From: Octopus sinensis
Taxonomy: Eukaryota
Direction: 5' to 3'
DNA length: 64,000 bases
NCBI RefSeq assembly: GCF_006345805.1
Contig: NC_042998.1
Location: 36,022,001 to 36,086,000 of the forward strand
Shown: piece after piece, positions 34,760 to 46,252 of the stretch
Layout of the letters: the number at the start of each line of letters is the position of its first letter
Numbering within the stretch: position 1 is the stretch's first letter
Made by a program: the position numbers and the translations under genes
Notes under the pieces: generated by a model
What the model was told of the DNA's origin: nothing
Databases searched by the model: none
What the model saw: the letters and a program-made list of their open reading frames with translations, nothing else

Positions 34760-35450
34760 TGGACATTCAGAGGAGTGATGCGGCTGATGCTGAAGCCGTA
34801 AGGAACTTTTGGTCAGATTTTGGAACAAAGACTTTCAGAATAATATGGAAGACAACTGGTCGCGGAAATTTCGAAGTGAAATGGAAAATAGATAAAAATA
34901 AGAAAATGTAAATATTGCAGATCAGGAACTGGAAGAAAGGTTTAAGAAAATATGAAAATAAAAAAAAAACCCTTGGAGCAGATGGGTCGGGGATTCTGGT
35001 TAAAAGATCCCTCAAGTATACACAGCCATATACAATAGGTTTTTGCTGACCGCATAGAAAATGGAATATCAATGGCGATGGCAAAAGGAAAGACAGTGCT
35101 GGTTGTGAAAGACAAGGAAAACCGAGGGGCAGTTAGTCATTAAAGACCTATTACTTGTTTATCTTTACTTTGGACATTTTTAACTGGCCTGGAAATCATT
35201 AACGGAAATCTAACGATTTCTGGAGAAAGGCTGCAGGATGAAATGAAAGAAAACTGATGATATGTGTATTGATAACACGATGTTGAATGTTGTGCGAATA
35301 AGTAAAAAGAATCAGCTGGTGGCTGCATAAACTACAAGAAAGCTTACGATAATGATCCACATTATTGGCTGTTGGAATACCTGAGGATGTTCAGGTGGGG
35401 TCAATGAAAAGATAAGCACTTTTACTATTCCATGGGAGAATGAAAGAGTG
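34760..35450 (+). pseudogene. R4/Dong-like reverse transcriptase fragment
   Basis: Across frameshifts: AEAVRNFWSD, PG.DG..GFWLK, KGKTVLV.KDK, RPITCL.LLW..LTG, NYKKAYD.DPH.W. Confidence 0.75.
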
Positions 35451-35880
35451 GGGTTTAAAAGAGACCACTTCAATCTCGACTCCAACTGAGATTTCTGTCT
35501 TACTCACGAATGTGAGTCACACTTCTTCTCTTTCCTTTGTGGAATTCATCAGGCATCAACTCTTATGTTTAGAAACTCATACCTTGTGAAAAGTTGTGCA
35601 TGTCGAACCAATTGGTTACTGGTTTGTTGTAACTGTTTAGGAGCTGATACACACATGCACACACTATTAGGGTAAATGTCGATATTTTTCTTTTGCTGGT
35701 TGCGTGATTGATTGGCCCAGGAAATAGGTGGTAAATGTTTTTATTTTTCATTCCCTTCGAGTTCTTTTAATCCCTAATAGTGGTTTGGACTTTAGCTATT
35801 CCGTCTAGCATGAAAGGAATCCTGTGAAGGATACCTCTTATGTGTTTAAATGTACACTGCATTTATATATATATATATAT

Positions 35881-35916
<36 letters not shown>

Positions 35917-36030
35917 AAATAGTAAAAAGTGAAAAAACTACAGAAGGCTTAAAGGTTAGAAAATATATATATTTGCGTCAATATGTCTGAAGAATATTAA
36001 AAATTTTTTTCTTACAATGACATAATTTAG

Positions 36031-36069
36031 AAGAAAGACCGGTTTCGCGTTTAGCTTTTCAAATTTCTT
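36031..36069 (-). ncRNA. Minimal type-I hammerhead-like motif (U3-A8 core variant)
   Basis: AAGAAA-t-TTGAAAA-GC-TAAAC-GC-GAAAC-CG-GT-C-TTTCTT. Confidence 0.4.
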
Positions 36070-36210
36070 GCGACGTTATGTTTATCTTGAACAGAGTTAT
36101 CTTTATGTTTATGTTTGAAAGAGTTCTAAATAAGGGGAGGTAATGAGTGATTTCTTCCGGTGTAAGGGAGATAATCGCTTAAAATTAAAAAAAAATTTTT
36201 TCCTTTCCCT

Positions 36211-36239
<29 letters not shown>

Positions 36240-36248
<9 letters not shown>

Positions 36249-36537
36249 ATCACGTGACCGACCAGTCCATCAGATGTAGTTACACATCGCTGGTCACAAT
36301 GCGTTCGCATTGTTTTAGCCTTCGAATGACGCCACCCCGCTGGCTAAGCGAACAGGCCAACAGAAGAAAGAGTAGGAGAAAGAGTGGTGAAATAGTACAG
36401 CAGGGATCACCCCCCCCCTGCCGGAGCCTCGTGGAGCTTTTAGGTGTTTTCGCGTAATAAACACTCACAACGCCCGGTCTGGGAATCGAAACCGCGATCC
36501 TACGACCGCGAGTCCGCTGCCCTAACCACTGGGCCAT
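36240..36537 (-). mobile_element. SINE family C, tail C2
   Basis: Same head as 29593; different tail ending ...GGTCGGTCACGTGATCACGTGAT. Confidence 0.85.
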
Positions 36538-36809
36538 ATATATATATAAATAAGTAAATAAATGGAGTTGAACGCAGGTGTTCGACATATGTTTCGAAGA
36601 CAACATTGGTTTTATTCCAATTGGTTACTGGTTTGTTGTAACTGTTTAGGAGCTGATGGACACATGCTGGTTGCGTGATTGAATACCAAATTTTAACTTA
36701 CAATCAAATAAGGTAGCTACCATAAGAATTGACCAGCATTACACTAAGAACCTATTCCTAAAAGTTCGTATATAAATTTGGTCTGTATTTAATGCCATTT
36801 TAGTTGCTA

Positions 36810-37030
36810 TGCTTAAGAGACAAAAGTCTTGTCAGTCCATCGCCTCACGGTCCCTGCGGACGAAATGAAAAAGGCGTTGCCCCGGAGGATGGCGAGGGAG
36901 ACTCGCTGGAACTGAAACAAGCACTCTGGCTTCCGGACATCGCACTCGCGGATAGCCATCTCTGCTCCGTTAGCAGTGAGCGAGGATTTAGTCCAAGGGC
37001 CAAGAACGGCAGAGGTCGCTACTGCCAGAC
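36810..37030 (-). mobile_element. CRE-like non-LTR retrotransposon C-terminal fragment
   Basis: LAVATSAVLGPWTKSSL...LFQFQRVSLAILRGNA resembles the conserved PLAVET.G ... FQRLS.A.QRGNA motif. Confidence 0.65.
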
Positions 37031-37229
37031 TCCCCCCCCCGACTTTACTTGTGGGCCATTGTTGTTTATCAACGGGTCAGTCTTTATTGAAGAGATCTGT
37101 GATCAAAGGCCTGGCATCTGCGAGAGATATTTGAGAAGCTGTTAACTGGACGAGAAGGATATCTAAAAGCATTAGCGCTAACTTTAGAGTCTCACGGAAG
37201 ACGAATACTTACGTATAAGAGGATAGTAA

Positions 37230-37524
37230 TGAGGGATAGTGGGAGATGCTAGAAGTATGGAGGTGGAGCGGTGTGAGGAAAGTAATGTAATAAGAGCAGG
37301 AAAGGAAGAAGGCGATGGGAGAGAACGTAATAACGTTTAAGGGGAAGAAACTGCGATAGAGACGAGAGGAAGAGAGGAGCGGAGATGAAAGAGGCGTTGA
37401 TGGTATTAGAAGGATAAAGGGGATAAAGAAGCATAAAAGATAAATGAAAGAAGCGAGATAAAGGAAGGAGAAAAGAAAGACAAAGAGAGACTGTCAGAGT
37501 TTGATAGCGAGAGAGATAGAAAAG

Positions 37525-37562
<38 letters not shown>

Positions 37563-38160
37563 ACGAAGGAAAAGAGTGAGAGGTAAAGAGACAAAAGAAA
37601 AATTAAAGATTTCTTCCTCCTGTTTCTAGTAATATCATAATAATTCTTTCTCCCAAAGAAAGTTAAATAATAGAAGAAAGAGATTAAAGAGATAAAGTAA
37701 GAAAAGTTGTTAGTATTAGATTAGCAAGATTGACGAAGAATGGAGGGATGAAGATGGGAGACAATAATCGAAGTAAAAGACAGAAAAGACGAAATAAAGA
37801 TTTTAATAATATTTTCAGTGACAAGTGAGATAGAATAAAAATAAAAGTTGTAAAAGAAAGAGATGAAGGAGACTGGGGCCCTTAGACGACAGAGTGTAAG
37901 AAATAGAGAGAAAGAGAAAGAAGGGAAAAAAGAAAGAATGGAAGAAAGAGGTGGGGGTGGGGTGGGGGTGGCGAGTGCAGTAGAGTAGGAGGTAGTAGAA
38001 AGGAGTGGTAGGAAGAGAAGCTAGAATCATTGCAGAGCAATAAAAGCAAAAAAGCGGAAGGAAACTGAAGACAACAACAGTGGAAACAGGAAGATTTTCA
38101 ATGAGGAGAAGGTAGAGGTAAAGAAGTGAAAGGAAGAATTTGCGACTTCGGTGGGTGTTC

Positions 38161-38206
<46 letters not shown>

Positions 38207-38225
38207 TAATACATCGAAAAGAAAT
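37230..38225 (+). repeat. About 1-kb purine-rich tract with (GA)n
   Basis: Strong A/G strand bias visible directly. Confidence 0.85.
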
Positions 38226-39466
38226 GAGGGAGGAGTAGGAAGAGATGCTTGAAGCACGTTGTTATCTTGTTTAATTCGAACCTACGCACAAATGATGAAA
38301 AACACCTATTTTTATATGCAATAAATCCAACCATTAATTGAATAAATGACTCACTACAAGCGTAGAATCTGATGGGTTTAATGTGAGGTCGGAGTTTTGT
38401 TGGGTGTACGGGTTTATTCGAGGTGTGAAATATAGGATCTGCATTATGTTTAAATGATATTCTATTCAACCGAGGAGAGAGGATGGATAAATTATTTTAA
38501 ATGGGAGGAGCTGGGTTTAAGCGCGAAGATAATAATAATAATTGACATTGGTCAGTATTCAATTGTTTGGAAACATGTTTTTGGACAAGGAATAGGGGAA
38601 GAGGCTAATGGCTAAAATCTCACAGAGATAATAAATTAATAAGTGGTAAGATAGGTATACTATGTTTGGAAACCTACACGTACACCCATAAGGCACATTC
38701 CAACGAACCACACGTTCATCACCCATCTCGAAGACCGCTCAACTAGCTAAAACTCGTCTTCGTTCTTCGTCTTCCATAGGTTTCACTAAAATAACTTTGC
38801 ATCCAATTTCGTTCCGCTGAAGTTTTATTTCTCTTTGATTTGTGTTTCATTCCTCTTTGTTTCTCTTCTTTTCTTTGAAGAAGGATTACAGTTCGAAACG
38901 TAGAAGACCCTTATTTGTCTTTTCAATTTCGTCCTCATTTTATAAAACTTTGTTAATCTTTGTTCCTCTGATTCCTGAAGCATTAACATCCTCATATAAA
39001 TTCATTCGTACGTATGACCTACACCCACCCTCCTACCTACCTACCTACCTACCTACCTACCTACATATATATAAATTTTGAATGGAGTCCTTTTTTTGTT
39101 GATTCTACCTTAACAGAACAATAAACTAAATATATATATATATATATATGCATACATACAATTAAAATCAAAATGAGGATGAAAAAATTAGATATTAATT
39201 TGATAACATCAATTTTAACACCAGTGATCTAGCACATAAAAAAACTGAGATTCATTAAATAGTATTTCATACATAAATATAAGAGGGAATTAAAAAAAAA
39301 AAATTTTTTAACTTTTCCTTTGTCTTGCTCACTTACGTTTCTGGTGTGCTAAATTTTCTGGAGAACAATTCTTAGTGGTTAAGACCATAGCGGATCTTCT
39401 TCTAGCATAAGGGTTTCCACATAGTGGATAAAAAAATTCCCTCTTATATATATATATATATATATA

Positions 39467-39810
39467 CTAGCAGTATCGCCCGGCGTTGCTCAGGTTTGTA
39501 AGGGAAATAACTATAAAGCATTTTTAGAGAGTGATGGAAAAAAACGATGGTCAATTTTTTTTGAGATTTAAAAAAGGTGGAGTTGCGTCCCCTAGACAGT
39601 TTGTGGTTCGTGTTTCTGATTCTCGACCCCATGTCGAATTTATCGATTTTTTCAGAACTGGGAGAACTTTTCAAAATTTTCGCTGCGTTAGTTTTGAATT
39701 ATGACATTGGGCTATGTGTGTGTCAAGTTTCATCAGAATCGGTTGAAAGCCGTGGTCAGGGTGAGGGTACAAGCAAACAGACACACAGAAACACGCACAG
39801 ACAAACTGCC

Positions 39811-39830
<20 letters not shown>
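39467..39830 (-). mobile_element. Non-autonomous Helitron sharing its 3' end with 30156
   Basis: A|CTAG-CAGTATCGCCCGGCGTTGCTC at 39467, then a different interior. The 5' end is lost in (TA)n. Confidence 0.75.
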
Positions 39831-39853
<23 letters not shown>

Positions 39854-39884
39854 ATATATTATATATATTCGTACATACACCTAG

Positions 39885-40262
39885 AGATGGCAAATGTTTC
39901 GGTGAAGTCAGTTTGTATACTGAGCAAAAGCCGAAACAAATAAAAGTGAAGGACCAAAAGAATACATAGGATCAACGGAAATTAACATTAGAAAATAGTT
40001 ACAACAGGCATAAACATTCATTTGTGAACTTTAATATAAACGTGCTATGGTTTCGTCAAAATTTGTATGGCTCTTAAGCGAAGCAAGTCCTCACCATTTC
40101 CAAATTACTTGGTCGTTTGTGGATGAAGTACAAGCTTATAGAATGATAGCATGAGATCAAAAATGTGGTACGGCCTTTGAACGCAAAAAGGATTTTGTTT
40201 CTGAAATAGTTTAACAAGAAAACGGAATTGTTGGCACGTTGTACGTGCTAAAGTAAACCAGT
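39885..40262 (+). pseudogene. Penelope-like element GIY-YIG endonuclease remnant
   Basis: Across frameshifts: DGKC...LY / KEYIGSTE / SYNRHKHSF / SKFVWLL...ITWS / NKKTELLARC. Confidence 0.7.
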
Positions 40263-40279
40263 CTTTTTGATAATCGATC

Positions 40280-40356
<77 letters not shown>

Positions 40357-40381
40357 TTTATTTCGGAGTGTCAATGGAAAA

Positions 40382-40636
40382 ATTTGACAGGTCAGTCAGT
40401 CACTCGCTGACGGTACATCGAAGAGGCCAGGGAACAGAAGAAAGAAGAAGAAAGAAGACATGCACCCAATACCAGAGCTGAAGACACCTCCGAAAGTGGG
40501 GGCCCCGCCACGTCAAAACGGTAGAGGAGTAGGGGCCGAAACCGGATGTGGTTCCTCCTGATGATGTTTTGAGCTAACTGGATCCTATAAAGGAGCTGTT
40601 GTGGTAGCAGACCACGAAACACGGTTGTAACTCCTC
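40382..40636 (+). repeat. About 255-bp unclassified dispersed repeat, copy 1
   Basis: Reverse-complement homolog at 50983-51250. Confidence 0.85.
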
Positions 40637-41464
40637 AGAAAGGTGACTTCAGAAGTGAAGAATGGTCTTTGAGCGACATCGTTTGTACTAATCAAACAAA
40701 TGATATAAAGCCGTGGATATATTTATAGAAATATAGTATAACCATGACAGTCAGAAAGAAGTGCTATAGAAACGCTATGTTGATACAACACACACATAAA
40801 CCACATACACACACATATCGCTACAATGTCTTTTGTTTAAAAATAAAACCACAGGCTTATTTCAGCTACGGCTTCTTAAAATATATGATCATATATTCAA
40901 AAATTCACTGATTTAAGAGGCAACAACCTCAGATTGTCAGCTGAAAGAGCAGCAACACATGATTCTGAGGAATGGTAATCTTCATTGATTCAATTAGAAT
41001 TTTTATTAAAGAATACGTTTATGCAAAGAATTCTGTATATTATTGTTTCGCGATGAATTAAAACAGTATGTGTGTGTGTATGTATGCATGCATGAATATT
41101 TACAGATATGCATACATATACACTTGCTAATACACACACACACACACACACAAATAATGGTTGAAAAGAAAACCTTTCAAAATAACAGAAGATATTTCCT
41201 AATGTAAAAAGTATAGATTTAAAAAAAAAATTACAAAACGATAACTACGGTAAACGCGAAAAAAAAACAACAAACTATTCCACAATTATTTAAATCCAGA
41301 GTAGCGATATATATCAGTGAGTGAAATTAAATTTACATTCGAAATAAGAACAGTGTTAATCATATTAAAATATCTGCATCAAACCCTAGTATGGTGGTGT
41401 ATATGTTTCTTGTATACAAGAATACAGCAGCAGAGCTAAAATGCGGGAATCTTTAATCAGAGGA

Positions 41465-41592
41465 TGATACAGATAATCGCGGACGGGGCCTTGCGGTAAG
41501 ATGTTTCCTTCTCAACCACACGCTTTCGGATTTGGTCCCCACTCTGCATGGCACTACGAGCAAGTGTTTTCTACTATAGCAGAATTGCCCCA
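41465..41592 (+). mobile_element. Degenerate SINE family B head fragment
   Basis: TGCGGTAAGATG..CAACCACAC..GGTCCCACT..GCAAGTGTTTTCTACTATAGC. Confidence 0.6.
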
Positions 41593-41779
41593 AAATAGAT
41601 TTATTTATGCTGACGCTATTCCCTTGATTTGGAAGGCAGAAAATTATAGATTCTTTGAATCCAAAAGGCATATTGAATCTATTTCTATGGAGAATACAAT
41701 TATAAATATAAAAAGTATAAAACAAATACGATGAAATAAATTAATATCCCCATTATGAAACAAAAGGATTTTTCTAGAA

Positions 41780-42129
41780 ACTCTTTCACTTCAGGTTTTG
41801 GAGAAATGATGTTTCATTTTTGTTACAATTACATCAAAATTAGGGCATTTTGATGCCAGATCAATTTGGATATAGTCTTCGGGATACAATCGATTCCTTT
41901 GCTTTGTTTTTATGTTCATTAGAATGAAAAATCCTTGTCCGCAAAGGTAGGCTGTTGCAAAAGGCAGCGACTTTTTGGCTGCCTCCTCATGCCAGAAGAA
42001 AAAATTCTGTCGTGACAAGGAGCACGATTTTTTTATATAATTTTAATTATGTCTAACGAGTCCTCATTACCCCCAAGAATTTCACTTTTACTCCACTTGG
42101 GGTAATTTACCCCTGTTTGCCAACCCCTG
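41780..42129 (-). mobile_element. hAT (Buster/Charlie-like) deletion derivative
   Basis: TIR CAGGGGTTGGCAAAC at 42129-42115; dimerisation-domain motif LPFATAYLC.QGF..L..IKTKQRNRL. Confidence 0.85.
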
Positions 42130-42134
42130 TACTA

Positions 42135-42425
42135 TAGCCTCCAGGAGGAGTCAGAAATGGTTGTCGGAGAATTTCTACGTCTTCACCACTCCCAATTTCT
42201 GACCTCATAATTCCTCTGATTATAATCTCATGGACTACCATATGTGGAGCGTGATTGAGAAATACAACAACCATTTTGCCGGCAACACCAAGACCGAGCT
42301 GGTGGGAAAGATCAAAGAGGGTTTCGAAGATCTTCCCAGGGACTCAGTGAGGAACTCATGTATTAGATTCCGGAGCCGTCTTGAGGCCGGGGTGGACGCT
42401 GGCGGCGACTACTTTGAAGAAACTG
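42135..42425 (+). mobile_element. Tc1/mariner (maT-like) transposase C-terminal fragment
   Basis: *PHNSSDYNLMDYHMWSVIE...FRSRLEA.VDAGGDYFE. Confidence 0.85.
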
Positions 42426-42499
42426 TTATTTCTGAGTCATAATCTAGTTGCTTTGATTAAAAAAAGACACTAACTTTTATTTTCAAACAGGATGTTGTG

Positions 42500-42558
42500 C
42501 TTTCTGAAACCGCGATCCTAAGACCGCTGCTCTAACCACTGGGCCATTGCGCCTCCAC
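42500..42558 (-). mobile_element. SINE family C head fragment
   Basis: GGAGGCGCAATGGCCCAGTGGTTAGAGCAGCGG. Confidence 0.65.
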
Positions 42559-43595
42559 ACAGCTACGTATTACAAGGCAGATAAAAGTAAGTAGAGAATA
42601 AAGATACAAATGTCTGTATGAGTGTATGTGTGGGTGTAAGAGTACGAGTGTATATGTGTGAGTGCGTATGTGTGAGTGTGTGTATGTGTGAGTGTGTGGC
42701 TAACAGCTAATTCTTGCATCAAATCCACCCTCATACATTATCTCCCTTTGCAATCGCTCTCAAGGCTGCAGCTCCCCCTTTCCTTTCCTCTCCGACCACC
42801 ATTCATTTCGCAACATATCATTAAACTAACTGTATGCAACTTTTTGATCTTCCTTCTTCGATTTTGTCTTTCTGCGTTTATTTACTGCTTTGCTTTAAAG
42901 ACGGATCAGAGTCCAACATACACATGGATTTCAGTGTATTCCGTTTCCTTACTATCTTAGCATTAAGCTAATATAAACTTTGCATTCTAGCTGTTTCTTT
43001 CTACTGCTTCAAGGATAATTCCTTGCATTTTTTCACGCTGCCAGAACTTAAACCCGCTTACTCTCAGATTACACTGTTCGGATTATATTGGATTGACGTT
43101 ACACCTACATCCATCCATCCATCCATCCAGTTACATACATACATGTATATCTGTTTGTCTGTCTGTCTCCCACCTCTCTCTTTATGAATGTATGTATGTA
43201 TGTATGTATGTATGTATGTATGCATGCATGCACACACATATATAAAATAATAATAATCCTTGAATAGAATTTATAAACACGTTAATGCATAACTACGCGC
43301 GTTTCCACAAATCCCATGTCTCTTAAGATCACAGTCCCTATTCCTGCAATTATTACAGTGTCGTCCGTAGCATCCGTGGGCATCGGGTTGATCATCTTCA
43401 TGGATTCATTTCTTCAGGCGATATAACATTAAAGGATGTTTAGCGCTTTTTCCCAGTGCGAAATATATATTCACACACCTTAGGGCTGAAACATAAAAGA
43501 ATACATATACCCATATATACATATGCGTGTATATATGTTGATACGTATGCATATGTATATATTTATATATGCATATATACAATTATGTAAGAATT

Positions 43596-44212
43596 CTTTT
43601 CTACTCTAGGCACAAGGCCCAAAGTTTTTTTTGGAGAGGGGACTAGTCGATTAGATCGACCCCGGTACGCAATTGGTACTTAATTTATCGACCCCGAAAG
43701 GATGAAAGGCAAAGTCGACCTCGGCGGAATTTGATCTCAGAATGTAAAGACAGATGAAGTATCGTTAAGCATTTGCCCGGCGTGCTAACGTTTCTTATTT
43801 CTTTATTGCCCACAGGGAGCTAAACATAGAGAGGACAAACAAGGACAGACAAAGGGATTAAGTCGATTACATCGACCCCAGTGCGTAACTGGTACTTATT
43901 TAATCGACCCCGAAAAGATGAAAGGCAAAGTTGATCTTGGCAGAATTTGAACTCAGAACGTAACGGCAGACGAGATACCTATTTCTTTACTACCCACAAG
44001 GGGCTAAACACAGAAGGGACCAACAAGGACAGACAAACGGATTAAGTCGATTATATCGACCCCAGTGCGTAACTGGTACTTAATTTATCGAACCCGAAAG
44101 GATGAAAGGCAAAGTGGACCTCGGTGGAATTTGAACTCAGAACGTAGCTGCAGACGAAATACCGCTGAGCATTTCGCCCGGCGTGCTAACGATTCTGCCA
44201 GCTCGCCGCCTT
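43596..44212 (-). mobile_element. SINE family A trimer (A1-A1-A3) flanked by one TSD
   Basis: Junctions at 43979/43980 and 43795/43796; flanks ATTATGTAAGAATT (43582-43595) and ATTATGAAAGAATT (44216-44229). Confidence 0.93.
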
Positions 44213-44263
44213 ACCATTATGAAAGAATTGCAAAACACATTAGTGCCTTGATGTATGTTTTCG

Positions 44264-44308
<45 letters not shown>

Positions 44309-44779
44309 TATGCATGTATACATACTTATATGCAAACACACACATTCATCTGTGTGTGTTGGGCTGTATGCATTTATAAATCTACATGCAGGCTTGTGTA
44401 TCTATGGCCATGAATACATCTACGAATACGTCTGTTTTGGTATATCTGTCTATGTAGCTACATATGTATATGTGTGTGTTCCTGCATGCGTGCATATACG
44501 CAAATTATATTCGTGTGTGCTTTGTGTGCGCAAGTATAGCCGTAGAGATGTGTGAATTCATTGATGTCCATTTGGTTCCCAGTGAATATTTGATCTATAC
44601 TAAAAGACTATATATATATATAAATAGGCTTGTATGAAGATTAATTCAATAAGTTGATGTTTTTAAAGAATATCTGCAACGCCTATAATATATTTATACT
44701 GCTAAACCATTTCAAAACCCTGTTAATGAAGCGTAAAAAATGACAATTATAAAGCAACTACGAATATTCTCCACCACTA

Positions 44780-45830
44780 TGTACAAGCCTGTTATAAAAT
44801 AATGATTAGAAATTCTGTTTCTTTTAGAAATATGTAAACAATTCCCAATTCTCCCTTCGGATCTAGAAACCAAAATAGCACAGCAACCCCCCCCCCCCCC
44901 CTCACACACACACACACACACACACACCACACACACACACACAAATCTTACAATGTACATGTGTAAACTTACATACCGCTAACTTTGACTTGTAGAGGAT
45001 AAATATTCGACAAAATATATTAAACAGAACTTTGCTTTTAATAACGTATTTATAAAATAGACGGTATTTTTTTGGCAATATTCGCAGTTGTGGCCAAGCA
45101 CTAAGCGAAACTTGAGATGTTAAGGAATTGGTAGATGAGATAATTATCATTGATGGAAATAAATTTACAAAGAGTAAAATAGAGTAAAGGAAAGGAGGGG
45201 GAAATTTAACGGGGAAATATAAATGGGGGGGGGGGTATGTGTGCAAGGGAGAAAACCTATCCATTAGAGAGAATAATTAGAATTAAATATGACTTCTTTT
45301 AAAATGGTTTAAGATTTTATAGAATAAAAAAAAAAAACAAAAAAAAAACTTAATTAATTGCTTTATTTAGGATTATGTGTTGTACAAGTAATTCCATGTG
45401 GTTGAAGAGAGATAAATGAATTAAGGTGAACGGAAGATATACGAAATTTAAAATTTGTGCGTGGAAGACGAGAATGTTGAAGAAGAATATGAAATGCTAA
45501 AAGTTAAAGTTATTGGAATAAGGTTAATGGAAGAAATTCACGCAGCAAATAATTTTGCTAACGGGTTAAACGAGGAAATTACCGTTTAATCTATGGGGTG
45601 TTCGTGTAATTAAGATCCGGTAGAATTAAAGTTAGAAATAGGTAAACACAGCAGGGTTGGAAGTAGATAATCACGAAAGGATTAAAAATAGGGAGACATT
45701 TGCAAGTGTTGCAGTTTGAAATAATGGTCTGTATTTAAAGATATCATTGGAATTAAGATAAACATGTTGTATGAAGAAGGTGTCCTTAAAATGTGTTTCT
45801 CGTTGAATCAGGTAACCAATAATCTAATTA
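44780..45830 (-). mobile_element. Possible highly decayed APE-LINE ORF2 3' portion
   Basis: Weak fragments KYRLFY..VIKSK and DPKGELGIVYIFLKETEF resemble I-clade-type C-termini. Confidence 0.3.
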
Positions 45831-45850
45831 AAATATTAGACAGAGATGTT

Positions 45851-46252
45851 TCTTTCTTTTCTACTGGAGGCACAAGGACTCACATTTTGGGGAAGGGATT
45901 AAGTCGATTATGCGATCCCAGTGCGTAACTGGTACTTATTTAATCGACCCCGAAAGGATGAAAGGCAAAGTCGACTTCGGCGGAATTTGAACTCAGAATG
46001 TAGCGACGGGCGAAATACCTATTTCTTTACTACCCACAAGGGGCTAAACACAGAGAGGACAAATAAGGACAGACAAAGGGATTAAGTCGATTAAATCGAC
46101 CCCAGTGCGTAACTGGTACGTAATTTATCGACCCCGAAAGGATGAAAGGCAAAGTCGACCTCGGCGGAATTTGAACTCAGAACGTAGCGGCAGACGAAAT
46201 ACCGCTCAGCATTTTGTCCGGCATGCTAACGATTCTGCCAGTTCGCCGCCTT
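45851..46252 (-). mobile_element. SINE family A dimer (A1 then A3)
   Basis: Junction AAAGAAATA|GGTATTTCG at 46019/46020. Confidence 0.92.

Noticed and set aside
35606-36690. Direct repeat (CCAATTGGTTACTGGTTTGTTG…, about 35606 and 36617) as LTRs
   Set aside because: It is only 50 to 70 bp, with no TG…CA ends, PBS/PPT or internal retroviral coding sequence.
40515-40625. Hammerhead in the 255-bp repeat (GAAAC and CTGATGA both present)
   Set aside because: The order and pairing do not produce stems I-III, and the positions where a core should be read CGGTAGA or CTGTT.
43596-44212. CRISPR-like or satellite interpretation of the tandem ~185-bp units
   Set aside because: There are no unique spacers and the context is eukaryotic; the units are SINE bodies.
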